This document shows, one piece after another, positions 52,541 to 62,597 of a DNA stretch of 64,000 bases. This DNA comes from Spirochaetia bacterium UBA2205 (GTDB lineage Bacteria > Spirochaetota > UBA4802 > UB4802). The position numbers were made by a program, and so were the translations under genes. The notes under the pieces were generated by a model, which saw only the letters and a program-made list of their open reading frames with translations, did no database searches and had not been told where the DNA came from. Position 1 is the first letter of the stretch, and every line of letters starts with the position of its first letter. Location of the stretch: positions 109,173-173,172 of the forward strand of contig DCUV01000032.1 of the NCBI GenBank assembly GCA_002328585.1, written 5' to 3'.

Positions 52541-52975
52541 ATGATAACAATAAAGATTACGCTAAAACATGGTGCAAAAAAACCTGATTACTTAACACCC
52601 AGTGCATCAGGTGCTGATATATATACTTTTCTGGATGAACCGGTCACCCTGCAGCCTTTTCAGCGGGCATTGATACCAACCGGATTATCCATTGAATTAC
52701 CACCAGGCTATGAAGCACAGATACGACCGCGAAGTGGACTTGCCATAAATCATGGCATTTCTTTACTCAACACACCGGGGACTATTGATGCAGATTACCG
52801 TGGTGAAATACAATTAATTGTTATTAATCTAGGCGACAAACCATTCACCATAGAGAACAATATGCGCATTGCACAGATGATCATTGCTCAAACAGTACCA
52901 GCTACCTTTACAGTAGTAGCTGAACTTTCAGATACAAAACGAAATAACGGAGGCTTTGGACATACAGGCTTATGA
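52541..52975 (+). CDS. dut: dUTP diphosphatase
   Basis: ORF track, 144 aa; dUTPase motifs (ASGADIY, PRSGLAINHGI, GTIDADYRGE, GGFGHTG). Confidence 0.9.
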   Translation: MITIKITLKHGAKKPDYLTPSASGADIYTFLDEPVTLQPFQRALIPTGLSIELPPGYEAQIRPRSGLAINHGISLLNTPGTIDADYRGEIQLIVINLGDKPFTIENNMRIAQMIIAQTVPATFTVVAELSDTKRNNGGFGHTGL

Positions 52976-54618
52976 AAGAAAAGAAGATACGAATTATTCC
53001 TATAGGCGGACTTCATGCCATTGGCGGCAATATGCTTGTTATTGAGTACGACAATGAGATGCTCATCATTGACTGCGGGATATCATTCCCCAATGGTGAA
53101 ACACCAGGGATAGATTTTATGATCCCTGATTTTACCTATATTCTGGAAAACAAGCATAAAGTTAAGGGTATAATCATTACTCATGGTCATGAGGACCATA
53201 TTGGTGCTATCCCGTTCTTTCTCCAAAAAATTAACGTTCCGGTATATGCTACAAAGCTTACCCTGGGACTTGTTGCAAGCAGGCTTGCCGAACGGCCGGT
53301 AAGCCAGCACACATTTATCGAGATTGAACCCAGAGATACCATCCACATTGGTCCATTTATCATTGAATTTTTACTGGTTAACCATTCTATTATTGATGGT
53401 GTGGGGCTTGCCATAAAAACACCGCTTGGTATAATCATTCATACAGGCGATTTTAAAATAGATTATTCTCCAGTTGATGGAAAGGTTGCCGATCTGCATC
53501 GTTTTGCCGAGTACGGGCAGCAGGATGTGCTGCTCCTCATAAGCGATAGTACCAATGCAACAAAGCCAGGGTACACTCCATCCGAAATAATATTGAAAAA
53601 GAAACTGCTGGAAATATTTGCCAGATCAAAAGGACGTATTTTTGTAGCAAGTTTTGCTTCTAATATTCACCGTATCCAGCAAGTGCTTGAAGCATCCCAG
53701 AAATACAATCGTAAGGTTATTATATCGGGAACTACCATGCAGAAAAATGTGGAGATAGCAACCGAGTTAGGATATCTACAGTATAAAAAAGATCTTATTA
53801 TTGATGCAAAGGATACCGGTAAATACACCCATAAAAAATTGGTGGTGCTGTGTACAGGTTCGCAGGGCGAGCCAATGTCAGCTCTTCATCGCATGGCAAA
53901 TGGTACACACAAGCATTTCAGAATCAGTGCCGGTGATACGGTGGTGATAACAGCATCGGTTATACCGGGCAATGAGCGTATGGTTTATAATGTTATCAAT
54001 TCATTGATGCAGCTAGGCGCTTTAGTATATTATGAACAGGATGAGGATATTCATGTATCCGGTCACGCATCCCAGGAAGAATTAAAATTAATGATTACCC
54101 TTACTCAACCAAAATACTTTTTACCTGTTCATGGGGAATATCGCCACCTAAAAGCACATGCTGCGCTTGCCGAATCACTCAACATAAAACCTAAAGATAT
54201 TATTGTGGCAGAAAATGGTGATATCATTGAGCTTACCGATAAAAGTTTTGAAAAAAGGGGAAGCATCCCACTTTCAACTGTCTATGTAGATGGCAACTAT
54301 ATTGGTGACATTACCGATGAGGTTATTGCTGAACGCAAAACATTATCTTCGGATGGAGTTATTGTTATAAGTATTGTCATTGGCGACGGCTTGCTACTTT
54401 ATCCACCTGCTATTATTGCCAAGGGTTTCATAGGATTAAAAAATGATAAATTTTTACAGGTTCTCCAGAAAGAATTAAGCGCCACCATAGAAAAACATCT
54501 GGCACAAAACGCTTCTTCAGAAAATCTATCGGTAGCGGTAAAAAAGCTTGTTAAAATGATTGCCCACCGATTTACCAACAACACCCCATTGGTAGAAACT
54601 ATCATTCAGGAGATTTAA
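52972..54618 (+). CDS. rnj: Ribonuclease J
   Basis: ORF track, 548 aa; metallo-beta-lactamase HGHEDHIG, beta-CASP and C-terminal domain; 4-nt overlap with dut. Confidence 0.9.
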   Translation: MKEKKIRIIPIGGLHAIGGNMLVIEYDNEMLIIDCGISFPNGETPGIDFMIPDFTYILENKHKVKGIIITHGHEDHIGAIPFFLQKINVPVYATKLTLGLVASRLAERPVSQHTFIEIEPRDTIHIGPFIIEFLLVNHSIIDGVGLAIKTPLGIIIHTGDFKIDYSPVDGKVADLHRFAEYGQQDVLLLISDSTNATKPGYTPSEIILKKKLLEIFARSKGRIFVASFASNIHRIQQVLEASQKYNRKVIISGTTMQKNVEIATELGYLQYKKDLIIDAKDTGKYTHKKLVVLCTGSQGEPMSALHRMANGTHKHFRISAGDTVVITASVIPGNERMVYNVINSLMQLGALVYYEQDEDIHVSGHASQEELKLMITLTQPKYFLPVHGEYRHLKAHAALAESLNIKPKDIIVAENGDIIELTDKSFEKRGSIPLSTVYVDGNYIGDITDEVIAERKTLSSDGVIVISIVIGDGLLLYPPAIIAKGFIGLKNDKFLQVLQKELSATIEKHLAQNASSENLSVAVKKLVKMIAHRFTNNTPLVETIIQEI

Positions 54619-54619
54619 C

Positions 54620-55462
54620 ATGGCATATGTTATTGTGATGTTTTGCGTTCTGGGCATCATCCAGGGTATTACTGAATTTTTCCCGGTATCATCATCAGGA
54701 CATCTATCGCTTCTTGAATCCATCCCATATTTTAATTCCATCTTCAGCGGCATGGATGAAGGAATAAAACTTTTTTTTAATGTTGCACTCCATTTAGCAA
54801 GTTTGTGTGCAATTATCATATTTTACTATCATGATATCGTTGCCCTGATTAATGGAACTATCAACGAACTATATAAAAAAAATTGGGGTCCCAATTGCAG
54901 ATTTGTTGTACATGTTATCATAGCATCAATCCCTGCAGCTATTATTGGCATACTGTTTAATGACTATGTAGAAGCTGCTATAGCAAGCCCCGCTATTGTG
55001 AGTATACTTCTTGTGGCAAACGGCATCATGCTGATAAAGGCTAATACATTAACTAAGAAAAACCGAAAATGTGAAGAGATGCACTATTGGCAGGCGTTTT
55101 TCATAGGATTGTTTCAGGCTGTTGCTATTTTACCCGGAATCTCACGCTCGGGAAGCACCATTGCAGGCGGTTTAATGGCAGGATTACAACCAGAGGAAGC
55201 CGGCAAATTTTCATTTTTAATGGCCATACCGGTCATTGCCGGCGCAGGGCTTCTTGAGTCACGAAAGCTCTTTGCCATAGATGGTATTCACCAGATAGTT
55301 GTGCCAACCATTATAGCAATGGTTGTTACATTTATTGCAGCACTGTTATCGCTGAAGTTATTAATTGTTATGCTTAAAATGCTGCATTTGAACTATTTTG
55401 GATATTACACCATAGGCATTGGTCTTGTATCATTATGCATACTATATGGGTATGGTGTTTAG
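54620..55462 (+). CDS. uppP: Undecaprenyl-diphosphatase
   Basis: ORF track, 280 aa; BacA/UppP motifs (GITEFFPVSSSGHL, PGISRSGSTI). Confidence 0.9.
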   Translation: MAYVIVMFCVLGIIQGITEFFPVSSSGHLSLLESIPYFNSIFSGMDEGIKLFFNVALHLASLCAIIIFYYHDIVALINGTINELYKKNWGPNCRFVVHVIIASIPAAIIGILFNDYVEAAIASPAIVSILLVANGIMLIKANTLTKKNRKCEEMHYWQAFFIGLFQAVAILPGISRSGSTIAGGLMAGLQPEEAGKFSFLMAIPVIAGAGLLESRKLFAIDGIHQIVVPTIIAMVVTFIAALLSLKLLIVMLKMLHLNYFGYYTIGIGLVSLCILYGYGV

Positions 55463-55598
55463 CGACAGTCATCCTGAATCATGTCCTTAACTGGTTTCAG
55501 GATCATTTCAGGATATCAGTTAAAGAAAAGATGCTGAAACAAGTCCAGCATGACAGGGTCGAATAATTTTATTTTAGGGAGTTTGCATTAATAGAACT

Positions 55599-58064
55599 AT
55601 GTCAAATCGGATGGCTGAAATAGTATGCCTGGTGTTATGGGGTTTTGCCATAATTATCTTTTTGTCGCTTGTTAGCTTTCATATTTCCGACTATGAGGCG
55701 TTGGGCAATTCAACGGTAGGGAATGTATTAGGACCATTGGGTGTTATTATTGCGCAGGTTCTTCGCATCTCGTTTGGATTAACATCATATTGTACCGTGG
55801 CTATTCTGATTTTAACGGGTTGGGGATTAGCAAAATATAAATCTATAGAACCTGTGCTGGAGCATATCTTTTCACTGTCGTTTTGTATGGTTGTTGCTTC
55901 TCTTCTTGTGACCGTACTATATCCTGAAACCATCACTCCTTATACAGGCGGTATAGTAGGAATGGCATTATATCGTGTACTGATAACTATTATGGGATTA
56001 ACCGGTACATGGATAGTAACTATCACCCTGATGCTGATTTCCTTATTATTACTGGGTATTATATCATTAAGTTATATTTTAAATAACAATAGCATTGATT
56101 CATTGGCAAAGCTATTTGCCATTATTTATAAAAAAATAATCATCTTGAAACAAAAAGATTCAATCCCGCTGATTGATATTAAGCATTTTGATTCTGATAA
56201 AAAGTTACCGTGGATTACAAAAACAAAAATCACTATTTATAATAAAACTGGTAAAAAAAAGCCAAAACTGATTGAATATGACAACATCCTTAATGACAAT
56301 AACACCATCCCGGCTGCTATTGATGATTTAAACAAACTATCGATTATTATGCCATTGAAGGATATGCCTCCTATCCATGGTATGGGTGATAACACCAATG
56401 GATATGTTCAACAGCACATTGAAACAGCCTATATCGTACCAGATGCAGAAAACGAACAAGTTCCTGAAGCAACCAATGATGCAAATATAGCAATAAAAAT
56501 AAAGGATGATATTCCTCAATCCCGAGAAACTATCGAATTACCTGAATCAGATGAAATTGCTGAAAACACAATGCCCGATATAAGTGAAACTGATATTTAT
56601 GATGATCAAGTTAATGAAGAGATTAGCAATAACGAAGATATGGTTACGCGCAATGTATTTGAAGAAATACCTATCAATCAACACTACAGCATTCCGGTGG
56701 ATTACTTACGGCAGTACAACTCGCACGATGAAACTGGCTATAAGCAGGAGGTAGTAAAAAACTCTGAGCTGCTTGTAAATACTCTTAAAGATTTTGGCAT
56801 TGAATCAAGGGTTGTCAACGTTAATCGTGGTCCTGTTATTACCCTTTACGAGTTACAGATAGCTCCGGGTATTAAAGTTAACCGCATTGCAGGGCTTGCG
56901 GATGATATTGCCATGGCGCTTGCTGCATCGCGTGTTAGAGTTGTTGCACCAATCCCGGGCAAAAAAGCAATCGGCGTAGAGATCCCCAACAAGGTGCGGG
57001 AAACCGTTACTGTAAAAGATATTATTACATCACAGGAATATGCTCATCAATCAGGACGTCTTAAAGTGGGGCTTGGTAAAGATATCATGGGGAAACCGGT
57101 CATCATTGATCTAAAAAAACTCCCCCATCTTCTTATTGCCGGTGCAACCGGTGCAGGCAAATCGGTATGTGTACATTCTATCATAACGAGCCTTGTTTAC
57201 AACTATGACCCTAATTATGTCCGCTTTATTATGGTTGATCCGAAATTAGTGGAATTACAGGTTTATAATGGTATTCCTCATCTATTAACACCTGTCATTA
57301 TTGAGCCTTTTATGGTACCTAAAGCATTAAAGTGGACCATGTTAGAGATGGAGCGTCGCTACTACCTGCTTTCTGAATACAATACCCGTGATATTGACCG
57401 CTACAATCAGATGGTAGAGCGCAATAAAAGCGGTGAATATTTACCGTACATCGTTATTATTATGGATGAACTTGCCGACTTGATGATGGTTGCTGCTAAA
57501 GAGATAGAAGGATATATTACACGCATTGCTCAGAAAGCACGTGCTGTGGGCATTCATCTGGTACTTGCAACCCAGCGGCCGTCCGTTGATATTATTACCG
57601 GAATCATAAAAGCAAACTTCCCCGCTCGGATAGCATTTCAGGTTGCACAGAAGACTGATTCCCGAACCATCATTGATCAAAATGGTGCTGAAAAGCTACT
57701 GGGGAAGGGCGATATGCTCTACCAGTCGCCGATGAGCTCTTTTCCCATACGTATACAGGGTGCCTATATCTCTGAAGATGAGCTGTCATCAGTAGTGTTA
57801 TTCTTAAAGAAAATAGCCAATCCCCATTATGTTGACATTGAACAGAGCCTTGTGGAATTTGACGACGATGATGAGGAAAGTGAAGATGACCTTTTCATTG
57901 AGGCTGTGAAAATTGTTGAAACCACTAAAAAGGCATCAGCTTCATATCTTCAGCGACGTTTATCTATTGGTTACAACAGAGCAGCCCGCATCATTGAGCG
58001 GATGGAGGAATTAGGCTATATTGGTCCCCAGCAGGGAAGTAAACCACGAGAAGTATATATATAA
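55599..58064 (+). CDS. ftsK: DNA translocase FtsK
   Basis: ORF track, 821 aa; N-terminal 4 TM, low-complexity linker, Walker A GATGAGKS, Walker B IVIIMDELADLM, C-terminal gamma wHTH. Confidence 0.9.
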   Translation: MSNRMAEIVCLVLWGFAIIIFLSLVSFHISDYEALGNSTVGNVLGPLGVIIAQVLRISFGLTSYCTVAILILTGWGLAKYKSIEPVLEHIFSLSFCMVVASLLVTVLYPETITPYTGGIVGMALYRVLITIMGLTGTWIVTITLMLISLLLLGIISLSYILNNNSIDSLAKLFAIIYKKIIILKQKDSIPLIDIKHFDSDKKLPWITKTKITIYNKTGKKKPKLIEYDNILNDNNTIPAAIDDLNKLSIIMPLKDMPPIHGMGDNTNGYVQQHIETAYIVPDAENEQVPEATNDANIAIKIKDDIPQSRETIELPESDEIAENTMPDISETDIYDDQVNEEISNNEDMVTRNVFEEIPINQHYSIPVDYLRQYNSHDETGYKQEVVKNSELLVNTLKDFGIESRVVNVNRGPVITLYELQIAPGIKVNRIAGLADDIAMALAASRVRVVAPIPGKKAIGVEIPNKVRETVTVKDIITSQEYAHQSGRLKVGLGKDIMGKPVIIDLKKLPHLLIAGATGAGKSVCVHSIITSLVYNYDPNYVRFIMVDPKLVELQVYNGIPHLLTPVIIEPFMVPKALKWTMLEMERRYYLLSEYNTRDIDRYNQMVERNKSGEYLPYIVIIMDELADLMMVAAKEIEGYITRIAQKARAVGIHLVLATQRPSVDIITGIIKANFPARIAFQVAQKTDSRTIIDQNGAEKLLGKGDMLYQSPMSSFPIRIQGAYISEDELSSVVLFLKKIANPHYVDIEQSLVEFDDDDEESEDDLFIEAVKIVETTKKASASYLQRRLSIGYNRAARIIERMEELGYIGPQQGSKPREVYI

Positions 58065-58200
58065 ATTAATTTTTTGCATGACTTTTTCAACCACCTTTAG
58101 TATACTATCTACAAATGAAGTTACTTTATTGTTATTTTAGAAAAATGTAATGATACAATACGCTTCATTTTAATGTTAATATCATCCCACGTTTATCAGT

Positions 58201-59868
58201 ATGAGAGGGTCTATGAAATCCTTTAAAAAAGCGGTAGTTGTTTTGATAATTGGCATAGCATGTATAGCCAACGCTATACCAGGCAAAAAAGTAATAGGTG
58301 TCACTGCATTTACCAATCTTTCAAAAGATACAGCGTATGACTGGCTATGTATAGGTATTGCTGATACTATTTCGTATAAACTCAGAAATGTTCAGGAATA
58401 TATTCTTGTGGACCGCGTTAATGTTGATAAGATAATTGGCGAGTTACAGCTTTCGCAATCGGGACTTATAGATGAAAACACTGTAGAAGCAGGCAAAGCG
58501 TTAGGTGCAAGCATCCTGGTGGTTGGTAATTTCCAAAAATCTGGCAATCAAATTCGCATAACAGCAAAGATTGTAGATGTGCAGTCACATGCTGTTATTA
58601 ACCAGGTACAGGTAACAGGAACTATCAACGATATTTTTGGCCTGCAAGATTCAATTGCACTGGGAATCATTGATAAAAATGATACAGCTATTACCACTGA
58701 AACAAAAAATAAAATTGTTCAAAATGATACCAATAATATTAGTGCTTATGAATATTTTGTACGAGGACAAAAATATTTATTGTATCAGCTAAATTATTCA
58801 AAAGCCATCGAGATGTATCAGAAAGCCATCTCTATTGATGCCAATTATGCTGTTGCGTATGCCGGGCTTGGCAAAGCGTACTCGCTGCGTTCATGGGAAC
58901 TGAGAGAATATTACAACACCACTGATCCTGCACTCATTGAAAAATCATTTCAGAGCAGCAAAAAAGCGTTAGCCCTTAATACAAATTTAGACGAAGCTCA
59001 CCTTTCGTTAGCCCGTTATTATCAGGAAGTTGATGAAAAAAAGATAGCCAACAAATGGACATTATGTGAAGAAGAAACCCGAAAGGCTTTAGAAATTAAT
59101 GAAAATAATGGTGAAGCATATCTGCTGCTCAGTAAAATATTTGCCTATGATATTCCTAAATCTGAGATGTATTTAAAACAGGCTATTGAAAAGAACAAGT
59201 TTTTAGTGGATGCACATAATAATTTAGGAATTATCTTTTTAGACCGGGGAGATCTGGATACCGCATACTCATACATCAAAAACGCCATTGATATTGATGA
59301 CAACTATGTTATAGGCTATATGAATTTAGGTGTCATTTATGAAAAACGCGGGCAGTATGATAAGGCATTGGAAATGTACAAAATGGCTGTATCAAAATAC
59401 CCTAACTACATACTGGGGCTTAGAAATATGGGGATAGGATACCGTAATCTAAACAGGCTTGATGAAGCTCTGGAAACCTTCTTCAAAGCTTTAAAGTTAA
59501 AGAAGGATGATGCACAAACATTAAGCGAGATTGGATACGTATATCTATTAAAAGCTGAATATAACAAAGCAACAGATTACTTTAAACAATCGTTACGGTA
59601 TGATCCTTCATACCGGTATAGTTTAGCTAACATGGGATGGTGTCTGGTTCAACTGGGCAAAAATAATGACGCAGTACCTTATTTAGAAAAAGCTCATAAT
59701 GATAATAGCGACTATGCATGGCCAGCAGGATATTTAGGCTGGCTTTATGAAAATAAATTTCAGGATACAAACAAAGCTCTCTACTGGTACGGTGAAGCTT
59801 TAAAGCGTGATCCCAATAATCAGGATTACCGTAATGCCTATAACCGTTTATCAGGTAACTATCGCTAA
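58201..59868 (+). CDS. TPR-repeat lipoprotein with CsgG/LpoB-like N-terminal domain
   Basis: ORF track, 555 aa (alternative start ATG at 58213); signal peptide plus Cys (GIACIANA); N-terminal ~140 aa resemble CsgG-like fold; at least 8 TPRs. Confidence 0.55.
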   Translation: MRGSMKSFKKAVVVLIIGIACIANAIPGKKVIGVTAFTNLSKDTAYDWLCIGIADTISYKLRNVQEYILVDRVNVDKIIGELQLSQSGLIDENTVEAGKALGASILVVGNFQKSGNQIRITAKIVDVQSHAVINQVQVTGTINDIFGLQDSIALGIIDKNDTAITTETKNKIVQNDTNNISAYEYFVRGQKYLLYQLNYSKAIEMYQKAISIDANYAVAYAGLGKAYSLRSWELREYYNTTDPALIEKSFQSSKKALALNTNLDEAHLSLARYYQEVDEKKIANKWTLCEEETRKALEINENNGEAYLLLSKIFAYDIPKSEMYLKQAIEKNKFLVDAHNNLGIIFLDRGDLDTAYSYIKNAIDIDDNYVIGYMNLGVIYEKRGQYDKALEMYKMAVSKYPNYILGLRNMGIGYRNLNRLDEALETFFKALKLKKDDAQTLSEIGYVYLLKAEYNKATDYFKQSLRYDPSYRYSLANMGWCLVQLGKNNDAVPYLEKAHNDNSDYAWPAGYLGWLYENKFQDTNKALYWYGEALKRDPNNQDYRNAYNRLSGNYR

Positions 59869-59883
59869 AGGTTTAAACGATTC

Positions 59884-60882
59884 ATGAAAGAGGCTCAGTA
59901 TTATCACTTACACGGTGAGGACAGTGTGCAATGTGTATTATGTCCTCACAATTGTATCATCAAGGAAGGGAAAACAGGTATATGTGGTGTACGTCATAAT
60001 AAAGATGGTACACTATACTCTCTCATCTATGAAAAACCTTGCGCAGTACATGTTGACCCCATAGAAAAAAAACCGCTATACCATTTTATGCCAGGGAGCA
60101 AATCGTATTCACTGGGCACCGTAGGATGCAATCTCAAATGTATGCATTGCCAAAACTGGGAATTATCTACCAGCCTGCCTGGAGAAGTTTTTTGCAATAC
60201 GCTTACCTCTGATGATTGCGTAAAGTTAGCGTTGCAATATGAATGTGCTTCTATATCGTATACCTATAATGAACCAGGAATAAACTTTGAGTATGTTCTT
60301 GAAACTGCCATAAAAGCCCATGAAAAGGGTATAAAAAATGTGATGGTTACCAATGGCTATATCAATGAAGAGCCTCTTCGTGAACTGTACCAGCATATAG
60401 ACGCGGCAAATGTTGATCTAAAGGCATTTGATGATGACTTTTATAAAACAGTATGCAAAGCAAGGCTGCAACCTGTTTTAAAAACATTAACCATCCTTAA
60501 AGAGATGAATGTATGGATTGAGGTTACCAATCTTGTTATACCAACCTATAATGACGACAGCAAGTCAACCCAAATGCTTGTTGACTGGTTTGTGGAGCAC
60601 CTGGGTACACAGACGCCACTCCATTTTACCGCCTTTCACCCATCCCACAGGATGACAGGGGTTCCCCCTACTTCCCTTCGACTTTTAAAAAATGCTTACG
60701 ATATAGCATATCGCTCAGGGATACACTATATTTACTTAGGTAATATACGGGAACGTTCAATAACACGATGCCCCTCATGTGGACGGGACCTGATTATCCG
60801 TAGCGGCTTTCATGTCATGCGCACCAACCTCCATGACGGTAAATGTATATGTGGTGAAGCTATTCCAGGAGTTTGGCGATAG
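59884..60882 (+). CDS. AmmeMemoRadiSam-system radical SAM enzyme
   Basis: ORF track, 332 aa; N-terminal Cys-rich region (CVLCPHNC...GICGVR) and radical-SAM GCNLKCMHCQNWELS (CX3CX2C) typical of this family. Confidence 0.7.
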   Translation: MKEAQYYHLHGEDSVQCVLCPHNCIIKEGKTGICGVRHNKDGTLYSLIYEKPCAVHVDPIEKKPLYHFMPGSKSYSLGTVGCNLKCMHCQNWELSTSLPGEVFCNTLTSDDCVKLALQYECASISYTYNEPGINFEYVLETAIKAHEKGIKNVMVTNGYINEEPLRELYQHIDAANVDLKAFDDDFYKTVCKARLQPVLKTLTILKEMNVWIEVTNLVIPTYNDDSKSTQMLVDWFVEHLGTQTPLHFTAFHPSHRMTGVPPTSLRLLKNAYDIAYRSGIHYIYLGNIRERSITRCPSCGRDLIIRSGFHVMRTNLHDGKCICGEAIPGVWR

Positions 60883-60888
60883 TTACTG

Positions 60889-61170
60889 TTAATGGGATTC
60901 TATCTGGTAAAGTTCATCCTTGACCGGTAATGCTTTCCTCAAATTTTTTATGTAGGGATAGAGGTCACCTGTCTCGGTATAGTAATCGCATTCGTCCATT
61001 GTACGCCGAGCGACTGTAAAATATTTGTGAACTTTTTCTTCGCCCGAGCGTTTCAGCCATTGTTTTTTATTGCATCGCACACGAAGAACAAATGTTTTGC
61101 TGTCACCTTCATAATGTCTGAAAACAGTACAATACAAACAATTAGCACAATATACCTTATTTTCTTCCAT
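60889..61170 (-). CDS. Small Cys-rich hypothetical protein (93 aa; CxxCxxC...C...C)
   Basis: ORF track only; YCANCLYC motif; convergent with the radical SAM gene; no family recognised. Confidence 0.35.
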   Translation of the reverse strand: MEENKVYCANCLYCTVFRHYEGDSKTFVLRVRCNKKQWLKRSGEEKVHKYFTVARRTMDECDYYTETGDLYPYIKNLRKALPVKDELYQIESH

Positions 61171-61319
61171 GTATCATCTCCTGTTATAATATTACTATTT
61201 TTTCTTTAGTAGTTATATGATATGTTTTATATATAGCATAAATAATAAAAAAATCAAGTGCTATCCATGTGGTTTATCACCATCATTATGATGGTTTATT
61301 TTTGCAAGCATTTTTTCTT

Positions 61320-61751
61320 TCATTTCTTTATTGCAAATGTCACCGTAACAACGGCAATCAATTCATTCCCTTCATTATAGGCATCAACCTGCCACACCGA
61401 TAAATTGTTGCCTTTTGATACAACCTTTGCCTTTGCCACCACTGTCCCTGAAACAGCAGTTTTAACAAAAGAAACATAGATACTTACGGTAGTAATATTT
61501 ATTGCTTCATACAGATAACCGCATCCTATAATCGCAACAGTATCTGCCAGTGTTACGATTACACCACCGTGCACAATACCAGCAGGGTTGAGTAATTCTT
61601 TTTTAATAACTATCTCACCGGTAGCATAGCCTTTCCCAATTTCTGTACAATATATCCCATTTTTTTCCAGAAAAGTTCCCTTTGCAAACTCATCCCATGA
61701 TAACGTTATGCCATTCTCTAAAGCAATAGTTTCCAATTTTGTGCCCTGCAT
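61320..61751 (-). CDS. Hotdog-fold thioesterase (PaaI/YbgC-like)
   Basis: ORF track, 143 aa; GIVHGGVIVTLADT motif typical of PaaI-type thioesterases. Confidence 0.75.
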   Translation of the reverse strand: MQGTKLETIALENGITLSWDEFAKGTFLEKNGIYCTEIGKGYATGEIVIKKELLNPAGIVHGGVIVTLADTVAIIGCGYLYEAINITTVSIYVSFVKTAVSGTVVAKAKVVSKGNNLSVWQVDAYNEGNELIAVVTVTFAIKK

Positions 61752-61785
61752 GTAATACCTCCTTCATAATGAATACTTATACAAA

Positions 61786-62310
61786 TTATTCCCTTTTTTT
61801 GCTGGTTTTATCCAGAATGGTATATAATACCCTTATAAAGTTGTCATATGACTTTTTATCCACTTCGCTGAATGAATTCTGCATCACATTATAAACAATT
61901 TTAATCACATCAGATCGTATTGATAGACCTTTCTGAGTAAGACATATTCTGCACACTCTTCTATCATGTATATCATCTTCACGCTTTACTAAACCAGCAC
62001 GTTCCATGCGGTCAATAAGTCCTGTCATAGATGATGGTTCTAATCCTGCGCATCGCCCAAGATCAATAATCTTCATGCCATCTACTGTACCTAATTTTGC
62101 AAGTGATTCCTCCAGACCATATTCACGCCACAAACATAGCAAAATACCTATATATGCGGGATTAATATGTGTTAATCCTGCATTTTTTAAGGCTTTGCGC
62201 ACAACTGAATTGATTCCTAACCAAGTCTGGTTAATCAATATATAGAGATTTTCATATTGATTGGTATTTTCATTATTCATAGAATACTCATTAAACATTA
62301 GATTATGCAC
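61786..62310 (-). CDS. MarR-family transcriptional regulator
   Basis: ORF track, 174 aa; winged-HTH pattern (LEPSSMTGLIDRMERAGLVKRE...DRRV); upstream of the thioesterase on the same strand. Confidence 0.8.
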   Translation of the reverse strand: MHNLMFNEYSMNNENTNQYENLYILINQTWLGINSVVRKALKNAGLTHINPAYIGILLCLWREYGLEESLAKLGTVDGMKIIDLGRCAGLEPSSMTGLIDRMERAGLVKREDDIHDRRVCRICLTQKGLSIRSDVIKIVYNVMQNSFSEVDKKSYDNFIRVLYTILDKTSKKRE

Positions 62311-62597
62311 AATGCATCATTATTTATAAATGTTACCATAAGCTTCATTTAAAATTTTCATAATAAAATTTAGCACTACATCCCGATGAGTATTTTAAGT
62401 CTTTCCTGATATTATTTATCAGTATATTACTTATACGTATTATTGTCAAGCAAAATAGTACCGCCTCTATTTATTTACTATTTGCACAATAGCATCGCGC
62501 CTGAGGATGCCATGAGTATAACTGAATAGCTGATTTACTTAAAAATATTTATTTTCATGATATAATTTGATATAATTATCATTGAGAGGTTATAACA

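Noticed and set aside
55462-55560. ATCCTGAA / TTCAGGAT inverted repeats after uppP
   Set aside because: The stem is short with a ~20-nt loop, the second arm is duplicated and no T-tract follows, making it a weak terminator candidate at best.
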